Source: a virus (lineage: Duplodnaviria > Caudoviricetes). Taken from it: a stretch of 56,304 nucleotides of DNA. The notes beneath the pieces were generated by a model. It was not told the DNA's origin. It made no database searches and was given only the letters and a program-made list of their open reading frames with translations. The translations under genes were made by a program, and so were the position numbers. Shown here piece by piece: positions 16,221 to 24,598 of this stretch. Each line of letters opens with the position of its first letter. Position 1 is the stretch's first letter. The stretch is from the IMG/VR virus record IMGVR_UViG_3300027972_000013, positions 1 through 56,304 of that record, one strand, 5' to 3'.

Positions 16221-17719
16221 GCCTCCTCCTCTACTTGGAGGCTGGAGGAGAGGAGAACGACAGTTTGAAGTACGTCCACCACCCCTAACCAGTCTCCCTC
16301 AGACACCGATTTCGCCACCCTGTCGAATGGCTTTCTGTAGTCCACAACGATGTTTTCAGCCGTGACGACGCAGTTTGAAGCTACGCCTTTCAGCAATGCG
16401 GCCCTTGTTTCGTCCGAATAGAGATCGTAGAGACTGGCAGCGCCGCGCAGGAGTTTGAAGGATGATTCGAGCCCGCGGCCAGATCCGAGCTTCTGAGCGG
16501 TCAGCCGCTGCATCTCCTCCTCCACCATCAGTGCGCGCTCGGCCAGACGTCGATCAGCCCTCGCCCACATCTCGGCGTCAATCACGTCGTTCAGGCGATC
16601 CTCGTATGCCGAGTCGCGGTTCTCCTTGATCCGTTGGAGCTCGCCTTGCAGGGCAAGAACACGACCACGCCGCTCCCGCTCCCGCGCCGTCTCGTCTTCC
16701 GTCCACTCTTCGAGCGCCTTGTCCAGCACCGTCTCGGGAACGTATAGGCCCTCGATGACGGTCCTCAACCTTTCCGACATCACCTCCTGCCTGTAGAACG
16801 GCTGCTTGCACTTGCCCTTTGACCGCGTGCAGTGGTAGTAAACGTACTTGCCTTTAGAAAGGGATGCCGTCATGTGGCAGCCGCAATAGCCGCAGGTGAG
16901 TAGTCCACGAAAGACGAAGGAGTGATCGTGCATCCGCGGCCCGGTCTTGCCCGTCAGCCTGTCTTGCACGCGGTCATAGAGATCCTTGTCGATCAGCGGC
17001 TCGTGTTCTCCTGGGTAGACCGTACCGCGCCAAGGGACCACGCCGTAGTAGAACGGATTCTTGAGGATCTTGTGGATGGCTGACCGCGCCAGCGCGTTCC
17101 CATAGCGCGACCAGAGGCCCCGCTTCGGTGCCCACTCAGTCAACTCCGATAGCCCGATCTCCTCGTGGGCGTACTTCTCGAACATCTCGCGCACCATGGG
17201 GGCGTATACGGGATCGACCTCCAGGCCCTTGTAGACGTTCTTGTATCCACAAGGCGCTAGAGACGGCCATCCGCCCTTCCTGGCCTTGGTTTCTAGGCCC
17301 AGCGCGACTCGCTCGCTCAGTTGCTCGGAGAAGTAGCGCCCAAAAGCGGCCTGGACGTTTCCCATGAGCCGTCCCGCTGCGTTGTTAGGCAGTTGCTCGG
17401 TCGCGGAGATGATCTCGATGCCTAGTTGTTCGACGATCCGGGCAAAGTCACCAAGGTTACGGGCAAGGCGGTCGATCTTATAGCAGAGGACGGCGCTCAC
17501 ATCGCACGATTTCTTCAATTCTTGTGACATGGCCCCAAACTGTTCCCGCCCTGGTTTGTAGGCCGACTCGTGCTCTACGAACTCGCGCACGATCTCCAGC
17601 TCGTGGCCGGCAGCGTAGTCGCGGAGAATCCGCTGTTGGGATTCGATTGAGTAGCCGTGCTCGGCTTGCTCCTTGGTCGAGACACGGATGTACGCGAAGA
17701 CCTTCTGCATGGTCACCAC
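16184..17719 (-). CDS. large serine recombinase (integrase)
   Basis: AYIRVSTKEQ, YKIDRLARN, recombinase domain HEPLID, zinc ribbon CGYCG...YYHC. Confidence 0.93.
   Translation of the reverse strand: MVTMQKVFAYIRVSTKEQAEHGYSIESQQRILRDYAAGHELEIVREFVEHESAYKPGREQFGAMSQELKKSCDVSAVLCYKIDRLARNLGDFARIVEQLGIEIISATEQLPNNAAGRLMGNVQAAFGRYFSEQLSERVALGLETKARKGGWPSLAPCGYKNVYKGLEVDPVYAPMVREMFEKYAHEEIGLSELTEWAPKRGLWSRYGNALARSAIHKILKNPFYYGVVPWRGTVYPGEHEPLIDKDLYDRVQDRLTGKTGPRMHDHSFVFRGLLTCGYCGCHMTASLSKGKYVYYHCTRSKGKCKQPFYRQEVMSERLRTVIEGLYVPETVLDKALEEWTEDETARERERRGRVLALQGELQRIKENRDSAYEDRLNDVIDAEMWARADRRLAERALMVEEEMQRLTAQKLGSGRGLESSFKLLRGAASLYDLYSDETRAALLKGVASNCVVTAENIVVDYRKPFDRVAKSVSEGDWLGVVDVLQTVVLLSSSLQVEEEACSTVSRPSRRS
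16262..16291 (+). other. candidate attP core resembling a tRNA 3' end
   Basis: AGTTTGAAGTACGTCCACCACCCCTAACCA inside the recombinase 3' end (encodes WLGVVDVLQT on minus strand). Confidence 0.45.
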
Positions 17720-17821
17720 TTTACCCCAACCTTGGCTGCGAAGTCGGGATCTTCCTCCACGGCCTGACAGTACATCCTATCGAGGAGCGACAGAACTTCG
17801 AGCAGGGTCCGCGTCTCCTCA

Positions 17822-18232
17822 CTAACGTTCGGCCACATGCGCACCAAGCAGCGAAACGATCTGTCGGAGCTCGCCGAGGAATCCGCCATTGAGGAACCAT
17901 CGCCAATACTCATCCCCGATCAGCAACTCAGATCCGACGTGACAGGGCCAACAGAGCAAGTGGATGTTCTCAACGTCATTGTCCCCGCCCTCAACTGAGG
18001 CGCGAATGTGTGCTCGGATGATGCCGAGCGGTATCTCCGTCCCACACGCAAAACAAGTATCTGGACCAAGGGCGCGCTCGATCGTTGCGAACTTCCCTGC
18101 CACAACGAGACGGGCGGCCCAATTGCGCTTGACCTGTTCCTTGCTCGGCATTCCGCGATGGCGCTCTTTGCTGTCGCGCCACTCGGTTTCTAGGGTCACC
18201 GCAAAGTTGGCCCGCGCATCGTCGCTCACCAT
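17822..18232 (-). CDS. HNH endonuclease
   Basis: CFACG...RAHI...GGDNDVENIHLLCWPCH. Confidence 0.75.
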   Translation of the reverse strand: MVSDDARANFAVTLETEWRDSKERHRGMPSKEQVKRNWAARLVVAGKFATIERALGPDTCFACGTEIPLGIIRAHIRASVEGGDNDVENIHLLCWPCHVGSELLIGDEYWRWFLNGGFLGELRQIVSLLGAHVAER

Positions 18233-18489
18233 AGCGACCTCTCGATTGGCTCCAACTCAATCGCGTAGTAGAATCCTTTGCCGACTCGCTCGGTTAGCAG
18301 GATCTCGCCCTTCGGCAACTGCGCACGCACTTCGGCGGCGCACGTCGAGAGCGCGGTCAGCGGCCAACGCGGGTCAGCCGCCGCGGCCTTGGCGAGTTCG
18401 GGGCCAGGGAATCTCTGTCCGGGATTCTGGCGCAGGACTCGGTACATCCGGGACGCGGCGTTGTCTTTGTCTAGGCGTCGGTAGTGCAT
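18226..18489 (-). CDS. hypothetical protein, possible winged helix
   Basis: 87-aa coupled ORF. Confidence 0.45.
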   Translation of the reverse strand: MHYRRLDKDNAASRMYRVLRQNPGQRFPGPELAKAAAADPRWPLTALSTCAAEVRAQLPKGEILLTERVGKGFYYAIELEPIERSLW

Positions 18490-18749
18490 CGGGGCTCCTT
18501 CTTGCGCTCGCGTCTCAAGACGCCCTCGATTACCGTGGACAACATTCGCACAACGGCCCTTCTGTGTCCCTCTGCCTCCTGCTCCGTATCGAAGATCCCA
18601 ACATCAACATTCCGTATGGTCTCCTCGTTCCATTCGGCGTCATGAATAGCGACGATCCACTTGCCAATGTTGCCAACCGTTCCGCCGCTGATCTTCGCCA
18701 CGTATACGGCACGCGAAGCCGTACCATCAGCTACAGCCAGAGCGTCCAT
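18471..18749 (-). CDS. hypothetical protein
   Basis: ATG after strong SD AGGAGGG. Confidence 0.5.
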   Translation of the reverse strand: MDALAVADGTASRAVYVAKISGGTVGNIGKWIVAIHDAEWNEETIRNVDVGIFDTEQEAEGHRRAVVRMLSTVIEGVLRRERKKEPRCTTDA

Positions 18750-18775
18750 CTTCTCCCTCCTCTCTAGGTCGCGGC

Positions 18776-19174
18776 GCGGCCCGGCATCCGCGACGTGACT
18801 CAGGGTTCGCACAGCTCCCGATTGGGAGGAATCACTCTCCTTGCTTGTAGTGTCCGGGCCGCTTTCGCGGTGGCGGGAATCGAACCCGCCGCAGGCTGAC
18901 ATCGGTAGAAGCCCGCCATCCTTGACCGCAGTTGAGGTGCGCGGCTGGTCGGTTCCCACTATCCCGCCGAGCATGGCTTCGATGGCATCCCTCCGGTTTC
19001 CCGGAGATGGCCTTCGCGTGAAGGACCGTTCTCAGCGCAAAGATACCACCCGCCATTCGTACCGCGTGTACGCCGCAGCCGCGCACCATCGCATATAGGC
19101 GGGGGCGGCTCTCGTTCCGCCCCCGAGTCCCGGCACAGCCGCGCTTAGGAGGTATGTGCGCTGTTGGCTGTCCG
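18776..19174 (-). ncRNA. array of structured RNA domains
   Basis: Intergenic; 12-bp IR 18936-47/19076-87, 9-bp IR 18776-84/18854-62, GAAA-tetraloop hairpin and other stems. Confidence 0.55.
18865..18929 (-). ncRNA. tRNA-like element (T-arm plus short acceptor-like stem, no clear D-arm)
   Basis: GCGGG-TTCGATT-CCCGC T-arm, GCGGT/ACCGC closing stem, central 7-bp stem. Confidence 0.5.
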
Positions 19175-19184
19175 AGCATGGTCC

Positions 19185-19607
19185 TCACTTCACTAGCTCC
19201 GCTGCCGCCGCCGCGTGACGCCGGATCGCCGCCAAGTGCTCGGCGAGGGCGCTGGCTTTGTCGGGCTTGACCTTCGCCACGATTGGTGGCTGCTCTACCG
19301 CCTCCGCCTCGGGCATCACCATCGTCAGCGTCGACGGCCATCTCTCGCCCGTCTCTTTCCCGTCCTTGTCATGCTTCGGGCCGCCCGCCTTCGCCTCGAA
19401 CACGACGCGCTCGCCCTCTAGCCCGTGGACGTCGCATATAGGCTCGTTGCCCTCGCCATCCTGTAGGCCAGCGAAGAGCTTGTCCCACAGCGTGAAGTTG
19501 ACCTCGCCGCGGTCGTCGGTGTCGATGACGACGCGCCAGTAGTGCTTGCTTGGGTCGGCCTTGGCGACGTTGTCGTATACGTGCAGGAGCGTTCCCTTGT
19601 AGCTCAC
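19185..19607 (-). CDS. putative OB-fold ssDNA-binding protein
   Basis: YWRVVIDTDDRGEVNFTLWD beta pattern; adjacent to SSAP. Confidence 0.45.
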   Translation of the reverse strand: MSYKGTLLHVYDNVAKADPSKHYWRVVIDTDDRGEVNFTLWDKLFAGLQDGEGNEPICDVHGLEGERVVFEAKAGGPKHDKDGKETGERWPSTLTMVMPEAEAVEQPPIVAKVKPDKASALAEHLAAIRRHAAAAAELVK

Positions 19608-19825
19608 TGTTTCACCTCCGCCTCTATCGTCCGCGCATAGAGGACTCCGACGTTCTTGTTGTGGCGCACCATCTCAAGCAGGCAATCCACATGGACTGGT
19701 GTCGCTTGTTCGTTCATCCCATCCTCCGTCCCATCAATCCCAGCCAGGACGCACTCGGAATCGGTGTTCATGCCGCAGAGCGGGCAGAGCAACTCGGGAG
19801 GGAAGCTCTTGAATGCGCGCCTCAC
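19604..19825 (-). CDS. small zinc-binding phage protein
   Basis: CPLCG...IDGTEDG...PVHVDC. Confidence 0.5.
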   Translation of the reverse strand: MRRAFKSFPPELLCPLCGMNTDSECVLAGIDGTEDGMNEQATPVHVDCLLEMVRHNKNVGVLYARTIEAEVKQ

Positions 19826-20520
19826 GCCTTCACCTCCCGGAGCAGATGGGCGTTCAGCGTGATCGCGTCGCCCGACTTCGCCCCGTTCGCTAGGTCCACG
19901 CCCTTCGTCAGCGCCCACGCAATCAGCCGGTCCTCGTCCCAGCCCATCCCAAACGCGCGGTGGAATAGGTCGCGCCACTCGTTCACGCCCTTCTTGCCCT
20001 TCCACGCGGTGAGGAACTTGTGGACGCGGGGGCGGTCGTCGAACTCGGATAGGTCGAGGTCAGCCGCGCCGAACGGGTTCTCGGGCGGGAGCTTCTTCAA
20101 CTCGCCCTCGGCTTCCTTCGCCTTCAGGATCTCCTCGCGCGAGCACTTCCCGCCCCCGTGCAATCCGGCATTGTCGAGGCAGCGCCCGATGGCCGACTCT
20201 TCGCAGTTCTCCGTCCAGCTCGTCTGTGACGCCCCAGCCATCCACTTGGCCTCGTAAGCCGTCCCCAGCGAGTCGGGGGCCATGAGGAGCAGCGCCACCT
20301 CGGGACTAACTGCCGCCCCGCCCTCAATCGCCCGCGCCAGGCGGTCGGCCCCGAGTTCCATCTTCTCTCGCTCGCGCCACATGCCGACCGTGAAACACGC
20401 CTCGTCGCTCGATACTTGGCGGGGGACCGCGAGGATGACGTGCTTCGGATACTCGGTCATCAGCCGGTCCTTCCGCTGCTTCACCGTCTCGTACTGCGAT
20501 GGATCAAACCGTCCAGCCAT
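19822..20520 (-). CDS. single-strand annealing protein (Rad52/Sak-like)
   Basis: YETVKQR...ENCEESAIGRCL...SREEI motif. Confidence 0.6.
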   Translation of the reverse strand: MAGRFDPSQYETVKQRKDRLMTEYPKHVILAVPRQVSSDEACFTVGMWREREKMELGADRLARAIEGGAAVSPEVALLLMAPDSLGTAYEAKWMAGASQTSWTENCEESAIGRCLDNAGLHGGGKCSREEILKAKEAEGELKKLPPENPFGAADLDLSEFDDRPRVHKFLTAWKGKKGVNEWRDLFHRAFGMGWDEDRLIAWALTKGVDLANGAKSGDAITLNAHLLREVKA

Positions 20521-20708
20521 CACACAACCTCCTGCGGGCGCAGCTTCGTCCCGTCAGGACGGGTGAAGCCAACGCCATCGCACTCGCTACAAACGCACTC
20601 CACGTCGGCCAGCGCACAGCAGCGATCGTTGAAGCCGTCGCCGCCCATTTGGCGCTCGACCGTCCCCGTGCCGCGGCAGGCATCGCACTCGATGATGTCA
20701 AGCGTCAC
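20520..20708 (-). CDS. small CxxCxGxG zinc-finger protein
   Basis: CDACRGTG, CSECDGVG. Confidence 0.55.
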   Translation of the reverse strand: MTLDIIECDACRGTGTVERQMGGDGFNDRCCALADVECVCSECDGVGFTRPDGTKLRPQEVV

Positions 20709-21046
20709 GCTGACACCTCCGCAAACTCAGAGGCCGGGTAGAACCAGTCGTCCTTGACGATGTGGCCGATTCCATCGATGTGCACCATGCCGCCGCGTAC
20801 GCGGACAGTCTTGCCAACCAACTTGCTCCACTCCGTAACCCCGGCCACTTCCATCACTCGCCAGATGAAGTGACCGGCGACAGACTTCAATTCGTGGTGC
20901 GTAAAGGACTTGGGTAGGTAGAGGGCATAGCCTCCGAATCCCTGCCCGCTGCCCCCGTAGTCAAACATCAGCCACGCCGAGAGGCAGCCGTGATCGTCAC
21001 TCGTAATCTCAGCTGATGTGATAATCGCGTTCTTCTCTTCTATCAC
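20705..21046 (-). CDS. conserved phage hypothetical protein
   Basis: NAIITS...DHGCLSAWL..DYGGSGQGFGGY...VAGVTEW. Confidence 0.6.
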   Translation of the reverse strand: MIEEKNAIITSAEITSDDHGCLSAWLMFDYGGSGQGFGGYALYLPKSFTHHELKSVAGHFIWRVMEVAGVTEWSKLVGKTVRVRGGMVHIDGIGHIVKDDWFYPASEFAEVSA

Positions 21047-21231
21047 GCCGACACCTCCTGCCGCTTCTCCTCGCGCTCGACCATCGTCAGCCGCCCCTCG
21101 ACGGATGACCACGCCGCGTACACGCGCTCGGTTAGGGGATCGAGATAGCCGTACAACTCGCCTAGCTGGTGATGCGCTTCGGCCAGCTTGGAGCAAGCGA
21201 CTGTGAGCGGGAAGATCTTGTCACTTGCCAT
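21043..21231 (-). CDS. hypothetical protein
   Basis: Coupled 62-aa ORF. Confidence 0.45.
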   Translation of the reverse strand: MASDKIFPLTVACSKLAEAHHQLGELYGYLDPLTERVYAAWSSVEGRLTMVEREEKRQEVSA

Positions 21232-21533
21232 TAGGAGATCACCTCGCCGCGCGCTTTGGCGAGGGCGGAACGCAACGTGTCGAGGTGATGACGACCAACG
21301 CGCAACTCTTGAAGGCCGGGGGCCGCCTCCCCGTTCTCATATCCTGCGCTCTTCAACACCCACTCAGCGGCCACGATGATCTCGGGGACGGCCCTCGGGT
21401 TGATGCCACAGCAGGCACTTACACAGGCCAGGGCGCGCTCGTAATCATCGCCATCCATCCTCTTGAGACCGTTCACGGCTACCAGAGCTCCGTGTTCGCA
21501 GCCGCCACGCCAGCGTCCTTCTCCAGCCGACAC
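21231..21533 (-). CDS. hypothetical protein, paralog of the junction-spanning gene
   Basis: ACCGINPRAVPEII...ALAKARGE; start uncertain. Confidence 0.5.
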   Translation of the reverse strand: MSAGEGRWRGGCEHGALVAVNGLKRMDGDDYERALACVSACCGINPRAVPEIIVAAEWVLKSAGYENGEAAPGLQELRVGRHHLDTLRSALAKARGEVIS

Positions 21534-21814
21534 TGCTCGGCGAAGCGGGCGTCGTCGTCGGAGAGCAATCGCTCGATCTCGACGACTTCAGCGGAGGTGG
21601 GGAAACGCAGGACGTCGCCGTCAACCTCGATGGCGAGGCCCAACAGGGGATGCTCGTATACGGAGCGACCGCGCACGCGGAGATGTAGGTGCTTGTATCC
21701 GCTCGAGTGCGGTGCTACACTTCTGGTTGCGTTACTTGTCGAGGTCGCCTGCAAGCGGCCTTCACGCCGCCCCTCATCCTCCTGGATGGGGGGCGCGCTT
21801 TCTAGTGCCTTCAT
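21479..21814 (-). CDS. hypothetical protein
   Basis: SD AAGGAGG upstream. Confidence 0.45.
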   Translation of the reverse strand: MKALESAPPIQEDEGRREGRLQATSTSNATRSVAPHSSGYKHLHLRVRGRSVYEHPLLGLAIEVDGDVLRFPTSAEVVEIERLLSDDDARFAEQCRLEKDAGVAAANTELW

Positions 21815-22016
21815 CCTTTGCCTCCTTCGGAAGTAGGCGAATGTTCAAGATGCGCTCGATACGCTTCCTGTAGACAGCCAGGGGCCAGCTCTCACCTCCC
21901 TCTAGTCGCATGATCGTTCGCACTCCGCATCCTACCTTTCGGGCAAGCTCGAGTTGCGTGAGGCCCTTGTCCAGCCTTGCCTCTCTCGTCATCTCGCCCA
22001 TCCTTTTCCTCTCCAT
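21774..22016 (-). CDS. XRE/Cro-like HTH transcription regulator
   Basis: REARLDKGLTQLELARKVGCGVRTIMRLEGG. Confidence 0.85.
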   Translation of the reverse strand: MERKRMGEMTREARLDKGLTQLELARKVGCGVRTIMRLEGGESWPLAVYRKRIERILNIRLLPKEAKDEGTRKRAPHPGG

Positions 22017-22023
22017 CGGCGAG

Positions 22024-22052
22024 ACTATAGCACGCCGGGTGTCACGTGTCAA
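22024..22052 (-). promoter_or_regulatory. strong early promoter, probably leaderless transcript
   Basis: TTGACA-17-TATAGT with ATG 7 nt downstream; TGACA repeat overlapping -35. Confidence 0.75.
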
Positions 22053-22060
22053 GTGGCGCG

Positions 22061-22396
22061 TCATTCTTGCCAACTCGTCAGCCTTCCCGCATCGAAGTAG
22101 AGGTACATCGTCGCCCTGTACTCGCCGCGATAGATCCACTGCTCATGAACTCCGCCCGCCGTTACGGTCTTGTTCACCTTCGCTGGCCTGCCCTGGCTTT
22201 CGAGCGCCTGCCCTTCCGTCATGCCGATCCACAGTCGGTTAGCCGCTACCGCCTGGCACTCCTCGAGAGTCCACGCCGGATACTCCCTTTGCAGTCCCTC
22301 CACGCTGTTGATCGGCGGACCATTGATGATCGCCACAACGAAGAGGCCACCGATGACCAGCGCCAACCCGAGGATGATCTGTAGCGCGTCCTTCAT
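22061..22396 (-). CDS. membrane-anchored SmpA/BamE- or DUF2845-like protein
   Basis: N-terminal TM; IGMTEGQALESQGRP...HEQWIY...YLYFDAGRL. Confidence 0.6.
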   Translation of the reverse strand: MKDALQIILGLALVIGGLFVVAIINGPPINSVEGLQREYPAWTLEECQAVAANRLWIGMTEGQALESQGRPAKVNKTVTAGGVHEQWIYRGEYRATMYLYFDAGRLTSWQE

Positions 22397-22441
22397 CGCT
22401 CCTCCTACGCGCGTGGATCATAGGCTCCTCTATCGAAGCGG

Positions 22442-22816
22442 TCAACCGCTGTAGTTTGGATCGACGCCGCTCCCGCCGCATAGCTGACAGAAGCTCATCG
22501 TGCAGACGCGCATCGTCTTCGGATCGTCGCCCTCGAAGTCGGGCAGCGGGTCGGTGTGCCCAGTCCCTCGGCATGCTGGACACGGGGCGACCGCACGCAG
22601 CGCAGCCCTCGCCAACCGGCGGTAGAAGTCAGGCGGGACGAGCGTCGTCCGGTCCATGCGCAGCGACGGCGCGACCTCGAAGTCTGTCCACTCGTTGCAG
22701 AGGCGCCCACGGTCAGCAGAAAACTCCTCGGCCATCTCCTCGACGGCGCTGGAGATAGATGCCTCTACCTGGGACAGAATGTCGGCACTTGTCGACAACT
22801 GTCTACGTTTCGTCAT
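22442..22816 (-). CDS. CxxCxGxG zinc-finger protein
   Basis: CPACRGTG, CQLCGGSG. Confidence 0.5.
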   Translation of the reverse strand: MTKRRQLSTSADILSQVEASISSAVEEMAEEFSADRGRLCNEWTDFEVAPSLRMDRTTLVPPDFYRRLARAALRAVAPCPACRGTGHTDPLPDFEGDDPKTMRVCTMSFCQLCGGSGVDPNYSG

Positions 22817-22948
22817 CTCGCCTCCACCTTGCGAAGCGACACCGCCCGTCGTATCGGCGGCCAGCATCGGTTCACCGACGCACACCCCCCGCAACGACTC
22901 GATCGGTTCCCCGCAGACTACCCTGAGATATCCGCACAACACACCCCC

Positions 22949-23314
22949 TCACCTAGTTTCCTCGACATCCGCTTTTGCAATGCCTGTGTCATCATCCACG
23001 GTCGCTTGAAGGTGATGCCCGTCCTGAAGCCAGAGGATGAAGCAGTACGTTGCGATCTTTATCAGGTCGCGCTCGCGATGGAATGTCTTGTAGCGACCCA
23101 CGTACTTGAGCATCGTCCCAAGTACCCAATGCTCGTCGAACTGGCGGATGATGTCCGTCCACTCGGCATCCTCCGAGAACGCATACTTGTCTCCGCCGTG
23201 CTCGAACTGCCTCCGCAGGATCGCCTCAAACTTCGGCCAGAACTCGGCCTTGGTTGCGATCGTCGTCGGCACGTGTCCCAGCCTCATCTCCCTTACGTCC
23301 TTCACCGCTCCCAC
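22949..23314 (-). CDS. DUF3310-like / all-alpha nucleotide-modification-associated protein
   Basis: GGDKY...LKYVGRY...ERDLIKIATY. Confidence 0.55.
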   Translation of the reverse strand: MGAVKDVREMRLGHVPTTIATKAEFWPKFEAILRRQFEHGGDKYAFSEDAEWTDIIRQFDEHWVLGTMLKYVGRYKTFHRERDLIKIATYCFILWLQDGHHLQATVDDDTGIAKADVEETR

Positions 23315-23361
23315 TTGTCAACGACCTCCCCTGTCTGATTCGTTACAACCACCGCGCCCCC

Positions 23362-23577
23362 CTAGTCGAACAGCGCCAGCCCGCGCTCGTCGAGAATCCG
23401 ATGCAGCTCCTCACGAAGGAGTGCTGCTTGCCTCCTAACCGCTACCGCATCGGTATCTCCGCGCTGCTTCAGGTGCTCGTCTAGCTCCTGCATCGCGTAA
23501 CGCCAGTCGCCGCCATGAACGGCGTTGTCGAACTCCTCGCGCTCCTGGGGCAGACGGAAGGTTAGGACGGCTCGCAT
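23362..23577 (-). CDS. conserved phage hypothetical protein
   Basis: MRAVLTFRLPQEREEF..AVHG..W...ELD. Confidence 0.55.
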   Translation of the reverse strand: MRAVLTFRLPQEREEFDNAVHGGDWRYAMQELDEHLKQRGDTDAVAVRRQAALLREELHRILDERGLALFD

Positions 23578-23822
23578 GGCTTCTCGTCTGTGTGGGCGAG
23601 CATCGCGGCGATAACGTCGCGCAATGGGTCAAGGTCTTCCTTGTCTATGGCCCAGCGATCGGTCTCCAGAACTGCGTATGCTCCACCGCCGGCATTCTCT
23701 GCGCGGATGTGCAACTCTTGGGGCTCATTCGGGCCGCATGAGTCTGGCTCCTGTACCAGGCTCACGCTTAGCTCGAATACGGATATGCCCTTCGGCAACT
23801 TCCTGAGCGCGTCGTCAAGCAT
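23562..23822 (-). CDS. hypothetical protein
   Basis: QEPDSC...QELHI..ENAGGGAY.VLETDRWAID. Confidence 0.5.
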   Translation of the reverse strand: MLDDALRKLPKGISVFELSVSLVQEPDSCGPNEPQELHIRAENAGGGAYAVLETDRWAIDKEDLDPLRDVIAAMLAHTDEKPCEPS

Positions 23823-23978
23823 GGCCCCCTCCTGTCTCGCTTGTGAACCTTCCGGGATCTCCAGAGAGTTCGCATCCGCCCTTGTTCGCGGGACGCGAAC
23901 AACGCCAATCCGCGAACAAGAACAGCCCCACCACGAGCGCCCACCCCGCGTAGATCGGCCAGGCAAACTCCCAGTAGG

Positions 23979-24362
23979 TCATCGCTTGCCCTTCAACTCC
24001 ACTCCCGCGACGGTGAAGTCCTCGGGGTGCAGGAACCCCGACTGGACCAACAGCGACAGAATCCCAAACGACAGCGACTCGACCTCTGTCTCCTTCAAGT
24101 CCATGCCGAGCGATACGTCCAGGATGTGCGTCCCTTCGTGGATCAGCGATTGCAGCGCCGTATACGGATCGCTTAGGCAGACGGGGTCAAGGACGATCTC
24201 GCGGCGCAGGAAGTCGATACCCGCCGAGGCGGTAGTCGTCGCGCCGTCCTCGTCCTCTTCGTCTTCGAGGTTGCGCCGGATCTCCTCGACGCGCTCGGCG
24301 TCCCAGCGAATCGGGAACACGCTCGCGCCAAAGGTCAACGCTGCGATGTCGCGCTTCTTCAC
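23979..24362 (-). CDS. HEXXH metallopeptidase-like protein
   Basis: QSLIHEGTHILD...ETEVESLS. Confidence 0.65.
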   Translation of the reverse strand: MKKRDIAALTFGASVFPIRWDAERVEEIRRNLEDEEDEDGATTTASAGIDFLRREIVLDPVCLSDPYTALQSLIHEGTHILDVSLGMDLKETEVESLSFGILSLLVQSGFLHPEDFTVAGVELKGKR

Positions 24363-24598
24363 AGTTCCCCCCTCTGCCGCAGGATGTAGGCGCGGCGAAT
24401 GACCGTCTGCGGCGACCGCTCGACGCGGAACGTGGCGTTGATGTAGTCAGCGACGATCGCCGGCGTAACGTGTCCCTTCCCGTAGTAGCGCCGCAGGATG
24501 TCGTCTTGCTCTTTGGTCCAGTCGGCGAGGCGGGTTGGCTCGGCGGCGAGGGCGTCGAGGTCGGGGACGGTTAGGGTGTCAGGCTTGCGGCCTTTCAT
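24359..24598 (-). CDS. small helical (Myb/HTH-like) protein
   Basis: WTKEQDDILRRYY...RSPQTVIRRA. Confidence 0.5.
   Translation of the reverse strand: MKGRKPDTLTVPDLDALAAEPTRLADWTKEQDDILRRYYGKGHVTPAIVADYINATFRVERSPQTVIRRAYILRQRGEL

Noticed and set aside
18865-18929. Functional (amber suppressor) tRNA, because the loop contains CTA
   Set aside because: No D-arm, 12-nt loop, short acceptor stem; TAG terminates many genuine genes here
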